A stretch of 64,000 nt of DNA from Escherichia phage arall. Within the stretch, counting starts at the first letter, position 1. Each line of letters starts with the position of its first letter. Shown here piece by piece: positions 53,755 through 62,280 of this stretch. The position numbers and the translations under genes are program-made. The notes beneath the pieces are model-generated. The model had not been told where the DNA came from. It worked only from the letters and a program-made list of their open reading frames with translations, and did not search any database. The DNA is taken from the sequence record MN850584.1; one strand, given 5' to 3'.

Positions 53755-54476
53755 TAAGCAATGATTGCTGCGATATTAGGTTTAACAAAGGTAGATGGTT
53801 TCATAATTTTACCTTTGTCATCAAAGAATACGTACACCTTTTGAACTTCGTTATATACAGCATGTACCCCAGTATAAGAACCTTCTGCACGATCTTTGCT
53901 TCGCATCTCGATAGCATCGCACTCTTTTTCAAGAGCTTCAATAATATCCTTAGTTTCCCAAATAGCCAGGAGTTGCTTCTTGGTAGGATACTTGGACTCA
54001 TTGCTATTCAACACTTCACGCATAACCTTCTTCTCGTTATAAACAGAACGCACCAAAGTATCTCGTGCCATACGGGTAAGTGTAAGAGACATTAAGGCAA
54101 ATTGCAAGTCATTTTCTACCATTTTATCAAATTCAATGATAACATCGTAAATGTTTTCTGCCAGAACATCTCCTGTCGGCATTTCCAGAGCTTTATCAAC
54201 ACCTTCTTTACCAAAGAACATAAATGCCAGGTAGGATGCTACCACAAAAATATCTGCTGCTGCATCAAGTAATTCAACGTGATCATTTTCCTGTGCTGCT
54301 GCTTGAAACTCTTTAAGTTCTTCTCGTACAAAAGAAAGTTGAGCTTCAAACATCTCTTGAGTAAATTCTGGAGTTACTCCACCGCGTGCCTTAGCATTCC
54401 AAGCAACAATTTGATCGGCAGCTTTGATAAAGAAGCTATTGTCCACTTTTACTTGTTTGAAAAAATTCTCGATCAT
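53754..54476 (-). CDS. Hypothetical protein, possibly all-alpha NTP pyrophosphohydrolase (MazG-like)
   Basis: Spaced acidic residues in helices (ELKEF...ELLDAAADI); weak. Confidence 0.3.
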   Translation of the reverse strand: MIENFFKQVKVDNSFFIKAADQIVAWNAKARGGVTPEFTQEMFEAQLSFVREELKEFQAAAQENDHVELLDAAADIFVVASYLAFMFFGKEGVDKALEMPTGDVLAENIYDVIIEFDKMVENDLQFALMSLTLTRMARDTLVRSVYNEKKVMREVLNSNESKYPTKKQLLAIWETKDIIEALEKECDAIEMRSKDRAEGSYTGVHAVYNEVQKVYVFFDDKGKIMKPSTFVKPNIAAIIA

Positions 54477-54485
54477 TGTTTCTCC

Positions 54486-54665
54486 TTATTTAAAATATTG
54501 TTCTAACAAAACACTAATGCGAACTACCGATTCGCCCATATACGCCCCAGCACAGAGGAAAACAACAAATCTACAAAAATTGCAGTACCATTTGTCCACT
54601 GGAAACGAGGCTAACATTATAATTGCAATAGCAATTAACATCATAAGAACTGTTACTAATACCAT
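54486..54665 (-). CDS. Small membrane protein (59 aa)
   Basis: RBS AAGAGG, two hydrophobic segments; fills 200-bp gap. Confidence 0.5.
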   Translation of the reverse strand: MVLVTVLMMLIAIAIIMLASFPVDKWYCNFCRFVVFLCAGAYMGESVVRISVLLEQYFK

Positions 54666-54673
54666 ATTACCTC

Positions 54674-55789
54674 TTACTCTGCTGGTTCCCAAGTACCTGG
54701 AATCATCTTACGTAAACGGACACCTGTTGGTTTCGTAGGTATTCCACCATCGGAAAACTCTTCATACTCAATCTCAACAAATTTACCAATTAACATTTCA
54801 GCATTTTCTGCTTTACGATAGTTAATAGTTTCGTCTGAATCCTTACGCATCAGGAATTCGACTACTTTACCATTTTCCATCTCTCCTGTCAATACCCCGT
54901 CACCATTTTTATCACGCTTTGCACTTACCACTTTAACTTCAAGCGTCTGGCGTGGTTTACGTTTAATAACATCATAAGAACGTTTATCAAATTCGTAAAC
55001 ACCTTTTGCATTACGATACACCACACCTTCCGCTTTCTCACGTAGAGCTTTTGCATAGAAAGCATCAAACTGTTCTTGGTTTTCAATGTACTCTGTATGT
55101 ACTACACAAATAAGTTCATCTAAACCTTTGTCTTCAACAACTTCTTTTAGAGCAGCCAAAACTTGAACCCTCTTCTCAAATGGTACAGATGCCACAGGAA
55201 CATCATATACATAGTATTTAAGAAGTGGTGTGTTAGCATTATGCTTTTTCCACGCACTATTAATTTGTTGAAGGCTAAGAACACCCAAGCCAGCAAAAAC
55301 TTCACCGTCAAGAGGATGACCAACTACTTCTTTAATAAAGGTTGGAATTTCTTCCCAGTGAGGTGGAAGTTTATATACCTCCCCAGCTTTAGATAAACAT
55401 TCACCTTGCATGTTAATCATTGAACGTAGACCATTCAATTTATATTGTGCATAACCTGGGAACAAAACACGGTCAGCATAATCTTTATAATCCTGACATT
55501 TCATGGGTGTGGAAGGAACATGGTTTTCAGCTTCCTCTTTTGTTTTATAGTACCCATTCTTAAGTTGCTTTGTCCATTTGGCAAGAGCTTCTATTTCAGC
55601 TTGTTCTTCTGCTGTTGTTTCATTTGAGCGACCAATATTTTTAGGTTCTGCCGTATAAGATTTGCTAGTGATCTTTCCACCTAATTGACCATGAGCAACA
55701 GTTACAACACTACCTTCGGTATAGACTGACCACTGTCTAATTTTACCTGTAGAAGTTTTACCATATAATGTAGGATTAGTTTGTTTCAT
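54674..55789 (-). CDS. ATP-dependent DNA ligase-like nucleotidyltransferase
   Basis: Start at MKQTNP (RBS GGAGG); KLNGLR (motif I variant), LDGEVF (III), EGVVYR (IV), VIKRK (V), C-terminal OB-like region. Confidence 0.6.
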   Translation of the reverse strand: MKQTNPTLYGKTSTGKIRQWSVYTEGSVVTVAHGQLGGKITSKSYTAEPKNIGRSNETTAEEQAEIEALAKWTKQLKNGYYKTKEEAENHVPSTPMKCQDYKDYADRVLFPGYAQYKLNGLRSMINMQGECLSKAGEVYKLPPHWEEIPTFIKEVVGHPLDGEVFAGLGVLSLQQINSAWKKHNANTPLLKYYVYDVPVASVPFEKRVQVLAALKEVVEDKGLDELICVVHTEYIENQEQFDAFYAKALREKAEGVVYRNAKGVYEFDKRSYDVIKRKPRQTLEVKVVSAKRDKNGDGVLTGEMENGKVVEFLMRKDSDETINYRKAENAEMLIGKFVEIEYEEFSDGGIPTKPTGVRLRKMIPGTWEPAE

Positions 55790-55979
55790 CTTTAACCTCC
55801 AGTTGCGAAAGAACCCATTTAGCCATTTCAATTTCACCGTGTAGTCTGCCTAGTTCATAGGCATCATCAATATTACCACCAGTGTAATCATCCACCATAA
55901 AGTAAGGATCTTCACTACTGTTAGGCGCGTTTGCAATTCTCGTTAGTTCTTCAATAAATGTCATAGTTAACCTTACCAA
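55776..55979 (-). CDS. Hypothetical protein (67 aa)
   Basis: ORF. Confidence 0.5.
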   Translation of the reverse strand: MVRLTMTFIEELTRIANAPNSSEDPYFMVDDYTGGNIDDAYELGRLHGEIEMAKWVLSQLEVKDETN

Positions 55980-56197
55980 TTATACACAAGAGTTTGAATT
56001 TGTTCCATCAAATCTTCAAGATCTGTATCAACATATTCAGAAGATGTTGCCATAAAGTATGTAATCATTGTGAACCCTTCCGAAGAAAGGGCATCAAGGA
56101 TATCATTAAACATATCTTCCATTTCAGTATTCTCACCAAATGAGAATAACATTTGTTGATCTTCGCTTACACCTTTAACATAGATAGCTGTACTCAT
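55973..56197 (-). CDS. Hypothetical acidic protein (74 aa)
   Basis: ORF. Confidence 0.5.
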   Translation of the reverse strand: MSTAIYVKGVSEDQQMLFSFGENTEMEDMFNDILDALSSEGFTMITYFMATSSEYVDTDLEDLMEQIQTLVYNW

Positions 56198-56200
56198 ATA

Positions 56201-56521
56201 TTAATCCTTAAGACGTTCATTTAAATCTGCAATAACATCACCTAAATCTTCACATTCCAGCGTTAACTCTGAAACTTGTCCACTCAAATAAGAAACTTCT
56301 TCGTTTAGATCTGAAATAATGTTTTCTAATGAATCTACTTGGTCATCATATGCACGTTTTGTTTCTTCAAGTTCTTCCGTAAGATCATTAATCAAACGGA
56401 GCAAAGATAAGATATAGCCGTCTCCTGTCTCGTTCCTCCACTCACTTCCATAGCGATAAATAATAATTTTACCATCATCGACTACTGTAAAATACTTACC
56501 TTTACCAGAATAAATTTCCAT
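56201..56521 (-). CDS. Coiled-coil hypothetical protein (106 aa)
   Basis: ORF. Confidence 0.5.
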   Translation of the reverse strand: MEIYSGKGKYFTVVDDGKIIIYRYGSEWRNETGDGYILSLLRLINDLTEELEETKRAYDDQVDSLENIISDLNEEVSYLSGQVSELTLECEDLGDVIADLNERLKD

Positions 56522-56530
56522 AAATTCTCC

Positions 56531-56935
56531 TTATTGTAGCTTAAGTGAACTGCGAAGACGTTTCTCTTGCTGATCACGAATATGTTGTGGAACCTCATGA
56601 ATTGAGTCGTTACCGTGCCTATTTTCAACAACTAAAGAGATAACTTGATAACCAAACTCTTCAGCAAGAGTTAAATAAGGTTTAAGTTCTTTCTCTGTGG
56701 TTGAAGTGTTAGAGACAATAATCTTTTTAATATTAGATGCCATAGCATCACGAACAATACTCTGACACCATGCGTGGGCTTTACCTACATTTTCTGGCTT
56801 CCAATCGTAAACACCCCTTTCTGTGTAATGGTATTGATCTGCCTCACAGATAGGCCAATAACCTTCAGAAATAATTTCTGCTACTGTAGATTTACCTGCA
56901 CCTGAAACACCACGTAAAATGATAAGTTGTTTCAT
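56531..56935 (-). CDS. P-loop polynucleotide kinase (Pnk kinase-domain-like)
   Basis: IILRGVSGAGKST (Walker A), IIVSNT; parallels recalled T4 Pnk kinase domain. Confidence 0.65.
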   Translation of the reverse strand: MKQLIILRGVSGAGKSTVAEIISEGYWPICEADQYHYTERGVYDWKPENVGKAHAWCQSIVRDAMASNIKKIIVSNTSTTEKELKPYLTLAEEFGYQVISLVVENRHGNDSIHEVPQHIRDQQEKRLRSSLKLQ

Positions 56936-57868
56936 TTAGCCTCCAAAGAAGTTTTCTATTTCTTTACGTCGCTCTTGTGGAGCTAGAGCAGCCCATTGAA
57001 CCTTCGTAAAATTATTTCGAAGCCATTCTATCAAAGTATAATATTCTTCGTCAACAATTTGTTTAGCATTATTTGGGTTGTCCCAAATCATATCCCACTT
57101 CTTATTACCACCACGCATAAGGAACTTCTTAGCAAGATAGTATGGTGACTTAATTTTTAAGAGTAAGTTAAACGGGTAGTTTGTTTCACGAACAACAAAG
57201 CCTTCGTGTCTACAATGTTTAGACATTTCAACAACATCTGAAAATTTAATCATCGGATAAACTTCAGGACGTTTAAATTTTGTAATAGATGCAATCCCAT
57301 CAAGAACACCTTCAGGTAACATGAAACTTGTCCCATCAAGATTTTGAATTCTTGCTCCAATTAAGTATGCGCCTGGTTCTTCTTCGACAATATGTGGATC
57401 AGAAGGATCACAGATTTCAAAAAGGAAAGTTGCTTTTGCACTTTCTGTCCACTTAATGAAATACTCTATGTCATCACACTCGGAAACAATACGGTTCTTG
57501 GCAATAGTTGCAAAGTCTGACTCTAGGCTCCCTGTTGTTGATACAACAAGTTTCCCTTTGTACACACCTACAGATGCCATAAAACCGTTTACTTTACGGA
57601 CAGCATCTACAAATTCATCTCCTGGAAGATCTGTACCATTCTCAAAACGATTAAAGATTTTAGTAAAAGGCCAAATAACAATATTATCTTCTGAGTCAAC
57701 AACCAACCCACGACAATCTAAAAGTCGTTTGTCAACGTTCCACAAGTTATCCCAGAATACATTGTTTTTGTATTTAAGTACAGCAAGACCAGCATACTCT
57801 CCAGATTTAACTTCTTTTTTATGCACTAAACCTTTTGCAATCAGGTCATCACAATTGAACTTAGCCAC
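56936..57868 (-). CDS. RNA ligase-like nucleotidyltransferase (GTG start)
   Basis: RKVNGFMA (motif I KxNG), HEGFVVRE (motif IV), LLLKIKSPYY (motif V); RBS AAGGAG. Confidence 0.55.
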   Translation of the reverse strand: MAKFNCDDLIAKGLVHKKEVKSGEYAGLAVLKYKNNVFWDNLWNVDKRLLDCRGLVVDSEDNIVIWPFTKIFNRFENGTDLPGDEFVDAVRKVNGFMASVGVYKGKLVVSTTGSLESDFATIAKNRIVSECDDIEYFIKWTESAKATFLFEICDPSDPHIVEEEPGAYLIGARIQNLDGTSFMLPEGVLDGIASITKFKRPEVYPMIKFSDVVEMSKHCRHEGFVVRETNYPFNLLLKIKSPYYLAKKFLMRGGNKKWDMIWDNPNNAKQIVDEEYYTLIEWLRNNFTKVQWAALAPQERRKEIENFFGG

Positions 57869-57869
57869 C

Positions 57870-58421
57870 TTAATCTCCTTTGATTATCTTATGATGGTCT
57901 ACAACAATAATATCACGCTTATCCATAATAGAGATGATTTCGTCAAAATGCAAGATTTTCCCGTGTGCATCCCAACCAACATCCAACATTTTCCCATACA
58001 AATGATCAGGGAATGATCCGTGAGAGTGTCCGTGTAGCATGATTGATCCATGCCCTTGTTTATTCCAGGCAGCCATAGGGTAATGACTTAAGACGAAGAA
58101 CAATTTCTGATATTTCACTTCGTCATAATACACAACTTCTCCATACTCTGCAAGCACTTTTCTGTGTTTACTGTAATCATGGTTCCCAACACAGTAAGTA
58201 ATATCCCCTTGGAGACGGGAAGCAATCTTACGGGTATCTTCTTCAGTCCCGAAACAGAAGTCCCCAAGATGGTACATCTTTACTCCTGGTGTTGTGGCAC
58301 ATTTATTCCATGCTTCGATCAGTGCTTCTGTCATATGCTCCATATCTTCCCACGGGCGATATTCAGGAGCAAACTCTCGGATACGTTTGTGCATAAAATG
58401 CAAATCACTTGTAATAAACAT
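57870..58421 (-). CDS. Calcineurin-like metallophosphoesterase (putative RNA 3'-end healing phosphatase)
   Basis: DLHFMH, GDFCFG, GNHD, HGHSHG motifs. Confidence 0.75.
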   Translation of the reverse strand: MFITSDLHFMHKRIREFAPEYRPWEDMEHMTEALIEAWNKCATTPGVKMYHLGDFCFGTEEDTRKIASRLQGDITYCVGNHDYSKHRKVLAEYGEVVYYDEVKYQKLFFVLSHYPMAAWNKQGHGSIMLHGHSHGSFPDHLYGKMLDVGWDAHGKILHFDEIISIMDKRDIIVVDHHKIIKGD

Positions 58422-58783
58422 TAGTATAATCCCTCGCTGAATAGTTCACTGTTGTGACCATTTCTTTCGTAGTTAATTTGTTTGGCGTTATCTGCAATGA
58501 CATAAGCATCTTTGCGACTCCACCAGTTATAATACTGATCAATAAACCCTTGATTATCAGGTAAGCAAAACAGTTTATCGATCAATCCTGCATCTTTTAA
58601 AACATTAAGTTGTGCAGATAGTACAGGATTTGCATGCCTAACACAAGGAATAATTAACTCTTCACCATTGTTAAGAATATACTTGTTCGCAGCGCAGACT
58701 ATAACACGTTGAGCATAGTGATCCTCACCAATCCAAGTGAGAGGTTGGTAACAAATATCATGTTGATTAGTAGCGCACATCAA
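58421..58783 (-). CDS. Hypothetical protein (120 aa)
   Basis: ORF. Confidence 0.5.
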   Translation of the reverse strand: MMCATNQHDICYQPLTWIGEDHYAQRVIVCAANKYILNNGEELIIPCVRHANPVLSAQLNVLKDAGLIDKLFCLPDNQGFIDQYYNWWSRKDAYVIADNAKQINYERNGHNSELFSEGLY

Positions 58784-58938
58784 TTTTCTCCATACTCTTT
58801 TAGTCTATCAGCTAAAAAACTGTAATCAGGAAGTAAAAGATCATTACTCGTATCGCTCCAATTTTCTTCCTCTCTATAGATAAAATGCCCTTCATCCTCT
58901 TCTTGCTCTGACCAGACTGAGTAATGCATAACACCTAC

Positions 58939-59313
58939 TTAATAGTTAACACGTTTAATTTCAACACCATAGGATGCAATAAAATTTTCCTTAGCTAACA
59001 TATATTTACCAGCAGCAGAAGGATTTGATGTATGAACATAGATAGTTTTAAGAGCATCCCATTCACCTGCGTACAACATACATTCTACGTCTAAGAACGC
59101 ATGATATCCTTCTTGATCTTCTCCAAGATCATTATCGAAGTGTATCTCTGAAATATTATTGAAATTATCTTCATCTGAAACAAAAGATGACCAATCCCCA
59201 AAAGATTTTAACCAAATGGCATCCTCATAACCATAATCTTTAGGATCTCTTAAATCGTCTAACCAAAGAATTTTAGCCACTATCAACCCCCTTCCTGTTT
59301 CTCTTCTTTCCAA
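58939..59313 (-). CDS. Hypothetical protein (124 aa)
   Basis: ORF. Confidence 0.5.
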   Translation of the reverse strand: MERRETGRGLIVAKILWLDDLRDPKDYGYEDAIWLKSFGDWSSFVSDEDNFNNISEIHFDNDLGEDQEGYHAFLDVECMLYAGEWDALKTIYVHTSNPSAAGKYMLAKENFIASYGVEIKRVNY

Positions 59314-59474
59314 GTTTTACCTTTATCTACCAATTGCTTAGAAACAGCAAATCTTTCTCCATTGACATAAAACAGATAAAGAATAAAGGATTTTCCTATA
59401 GTTACAGTATCTACTACTTCTGCACGCTTTACACCTTGCATGTATTTGGCTTTACCTGAATAAATAAGGAACAT
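59283..59474 (-). CDS. Hypothetical protein (63 aa)
   Basis: ORF. Confidence 0.45.
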   Translation of the reverse strand: MFLIYSGKAKYMQGVKRAEVVDTVTIGKSFILYLFYVNGERFAVSKQLVDKGKTWKEEKQEGG

Positions 59475-59752
59475 TATTTATTCCTTTTGTTGTTGATCAC
59501 ATCTAAAGCTGTGTAAGGTTTGTTTGTACCACTGTATTCAAGAATAATTGGTGCATGTTCATAGACAAACTCAAAAGTACCATACACAGAATCTGCAACT
59601 GAAATAAGCATTTCAGTGCCTTCATCGTTCTTAATTAATGAAAACCTTGCCCCTGGTTTATTGAGCACTTCATATTTCTTACCTACTGTCAGCAAACCTG
59701 AATACCATTCATTTTGCACAACAGACAAACACTTCAGGTAGGTTTTTCTCAT
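59474..59752 (-). CDS. Hypothetical protein (92 aa)
   Basis: ORF. Confidence 0.5.
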   Translation of the reverse strand: MRKTYLKCLSVVQNEWYSGLLTVGKKYEVLNKPGARFSLIKNDEGTEMLISVADSVYGTFEFVYEHAPIILEYSGTNKPYTALDVINNKRNK

Positions 59753-60090
59753 TTCTTTTTGCTCCTTCTTTTAGGCTTCTCATATAAACCTAACACAGCC
59801 GACTCTTTTGCACAAATAGGAACTGATTTCATTCCTCGTTTTTTAGCTTCTGGTAGATTCAAAACCCACCAGCCAAACCAATACAATTCATCTTCTGTGA
59901 AAGGATCTGCCATAGGATCTGCTTCACGTTCTTCAAATTTAGCAAGAGCTTCTTCTATCTTTTCTATTGGAGTATCAAAGACAAAAGCCTCTGTGTCAAA
60001 TTTTTGTTTCTTAGGAGCGGCCTTTGCCGCCCCATCTTTAGATGCGTGCTTTGTTACGGATCGCTTCTTCGGTGTTTTCGCCATCAACAA
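59749..60090 (-). CDS. Hypothetical protein with basic termini (113 aa)
   Basis: ORF. Confidence 0.5.
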   Translation of the reverse strand: MLMAKTPKKRSVTKHASKDGAAKAAPKKQKFDTEAFVFDTPIEKIEEALAKFEEREADPMADPFTEDELYWFGWWVLNLPEAKKRGMKSVPICAKESAVLGLYEKPKRRSKKK

Positions 60091-60277
60091 CCTCCATACG
60101 GTGTAAGAAATCTTGCTGGAATCGCCAATACTGTTGACCAGTCCTTACATCTTCGTAGATCACAACAGGATCAAATACTTTAGATACACCCGCTGGTTTA
60201 GGAAAGCCAACTACACGATATAAACCACCTTTGCTAATACAAGAATATGTTACATCAGTTAAAATTTCTTTTTTCAT
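60038..60277 (-). CDS. Hypothetical protein (79 aa)
   Basis: ORF. Confidence 0.5.
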   Translation of the reverse strand: MKKEILTDVTYSCISKGGLYRVVGFPKPAGVSKVFDPVVIYEDVRTGQQYWRFQQDFLHRMEVVDGENTEEAIRNKARI

Positions 60278-60471
60278 TTTTTAATAAACTCCAAAACAGG
60301 TACGTGATCAGCAGTCAAAGTTACACAATTGTAACTTACCTTTTCAACTTCAGAGAATGCTTCAACCCAAAGTAAGAAATTCTCTTTAGCTTCTTCATAA
60401 TTCAATGTTGACTTAACAACATGGAACTCACCAAGAATTACTCTATAGATTGTTTGCATAGTTTGATTCAT
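60274..60471 (-). CDS. Hypothetical protein (65 aa)
   Basis: ORF. Confidence 0.5.
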   Translation of the reverse strand: MNQTMQTIYRVILGEFHVVKSTLNYEEAKENFLLWVEAFSEVEKVSYNCVTLTADHVPVLEFIKK

Positions 60472-60537
60472 TTATTTTTCCTTTGTTTAGAATGTGTTAA
60501 ACAATCGCAAATGCTTGTGACGCACTTTGTGATCCCA

Positions 60538-60906
60538 CTAATTAACGTCAGCACTATGATTGTTGAGAGTATAGGATACTCCATCGCCCAAGTCAACATG
60601 AATCTCAACTCCTAACTGTCTTTCTAATGGTAAACGTTTTGAGAATTGATAATTACAAAGTTTGCAATCTAAGTCAAGCAACTCATGTTTGCTTAAGCCT
60701 GGAATGATAACTTTGCTTCCCACTGTCCACTCAATACCTTCAAAGTTATCTCTTCTTTTCAAAATGTCAAGTAAGAAGATGATTTGTTGCCATTCCGTAG
60801 ACAAGTCTTCTTCATAGAACGCAGAACAAAAAGTTTTATCATCGTAGAAAGCATACATTATGCTTCCATCTATTGTTTCACTTCTAACGTAGCGTGTGAC
60901 CCTCAT
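60538..60906 (-). CDS. Hypothetical protein, first gene of minus-strand block (122 aa)
   Basis: RBS AGGAGGGAAT; upstream divergent promoter region. Confidence 0.55.
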   Translation of the reverse strand: MRVTRYVRSETIDGSIMYAFYDDKTFCSAFYEEDLSTEWQQIIFLLDILKRRDNFEGIEWTVGSKVIIPGLSKHELLDLDCKLCNYQFSKRLPLERQLGVEIHVDLGDGVSYTLNNHSADVN

Positions 60907-61247
60907 TATTCCCTCCTATACGGCTCTGTAACGAGCTAATGGCCTTTAAGATATGCAATCACCTTACCTCACAGTAAAACTCGTTACAATCGTTTTTAGG
61001 AGGTTTAGGTTGTACTTAAAAATAATCTAAAAAGGTGTTGACAAACGCAAAAAAGTATGCTACCCTAACCCCCGAAAAACGCCGAGCGCAGCGAGGGGGT
61101 GTTATCTAATCTTGTGATACATGATCTAACAGACAACTGAGTAGTCTACATATAGCACTATGTTATGTCTATAATACTAACATACATGCTCTATACTAAC
61201 AATAGATTCTTTATTAATTTTATTATTAATTAAATAATAAATATCTA

Positions 61248-61276
61248 TTGACTTTAGATCTATCTGTATGTAGAGT
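61248..61276 (+). promoter_or_regulatory. Sigma70-like promoter TTGACT-17-TAGAGT
   Basis: Hexamers 40 nt upstream of 61316, RBS AAGGAG. Confidence 0.55.
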
Positions 61277-61315
61277 AGAAAACATAAAGTCCGAACTCAA
61301 CTAAGGAGATAAACA

Positions 61316-62209
61316 ATGAAAGTTAGTATTCTACATGGTGTTGACTGTTATGTTACTGATGTAGACGTTAAAGTCTTTACATTCTCTGGTGGAGAACAAC
61401 ATGTTCAACTAGATACGAATCTATCAGGTTTCAATCATGCTACAGACAGAATCTTACTCTCTTTAGAAGTAAGATCTGCTAAAGACTTGATGACTTTGGT
61501 TATGACTAAGAATGCATTGGACAATATGCTATATCATAAACCATATTGTGTTGATTTGCTCATGTTGTATGTGCCATATGCACGACAAGACAGAGTGTGT
61601 GAACCTGGGGAAGCATTCGGAGTTAAAGCATTTGCTTCTATAATTAATTCATTAAATTTCTCACGTGTTATCGTTGCTGATCCACATAGTGATGTTACTC
61701 CAGCGGTGTTTGACAGACTCTGTGTAATACCTCAAGAAGAGATTGCTTACGAAACTTTAAAGTGGAAGTTACGTATGGAGAATTTTGCTCTTGTTAGTCC
61801 TGATGGTGGTGCTCTTAAGAAAATATTTAAATTATCTAAGAAAATGTCTTTAGATGTGTTCTGTGCAGAGAAGGTTAGAGATACTGCAACAGGTGCTATT
61901 GTTCGTACAGACATTTCTGTACAGGATTTCAATAAGCGTAACCTGATGATCGTAGATGATATCTGTGACGGCGGTAGAACTTTTATTGAATTGGCTAAAG
62001 TGCTACGTGCTCGTAACGCAGGTAAGATTGAGTTATATGTTACACACGGTATCTTTTCTAAAGGTCTTAAAGAGTTAAGTGAGCACTTTGACTGCATTCA
62101 TTCTCTTAATGTGTGGGAAGATAACATCCAAGAAGATTCCGGTGTTCTTGTTAAGAATCAGTCAGATTTGCAACAACAAATTGTATCTCCATACGTGTGG
62201 AATTTTTAA
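61316..62209 (+). CDS. Ribose-phosphate pyrophosphokinase (Prs)-family protein; candidate ADP-ribose pyrophosphokinase of NARP1-type pathway
   Basis: VPYARQDRV, ADPHS, VSPDGGA, MIVDDICDGGRTFIEL...YVTHGIFSKG parallel recalled Prs; adjacent to NAMPT-like gene. Confidence 0.8.
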   Translation: MKVSILHGVDCYVTDVDVKVFTFSGGEQHVQLDTNLSGFNHATDRILLSLEVRSAKDLMTLVMTKNALDNMLYHKPYCVDLLMLYVPYARQDRVCEPGEAFGVKAFASIINSLNFSRVIVADPHSDVTPAVFDRLCVIPQEEIAYETLKWKLRMENFALVSPDGGALKKIFKLSKKMSLDVFCAEKVRDTATGAIVRTDISVQDFNKRNLMIVDDICDGGRTFIELAKVLRARNAGKIELYVTHGIFSKGLKELSEHFDCIHSLNVWEDNIQEDSGVLVKNQSDLQQQIVSPYVWNF

Positions 62210-62219
62210 ATAATAAGTG

Positions 62220-62254
62220 TTGACAATAGGGAGTATGCTTAGTAAGATACTCCC
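62220..62254 (+). promoter_or_regulatory. Sigma70-like promoter TTGACA-17-TAAGAT overlapped by palindrome GGGAGTAT-N10-ATACTCCC
   Basis: 8-bp inverted repeat spans spacer and -10. Confidence 0.55.
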
Positions 62255-62280
62255 ACACTAACAAACAAGGAGACATAACT

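Noticed and set aside
61316-62209. Prs-like gene as an ordinary PRPP synthetase for nucleotide synthesis
   Set aside because: This is not fully rejected. Adjacency to a NAMPT-family gene in a phage favours an NAD+ salvage or reconstitution role, but the substrate cannot be decided from sequence alone.
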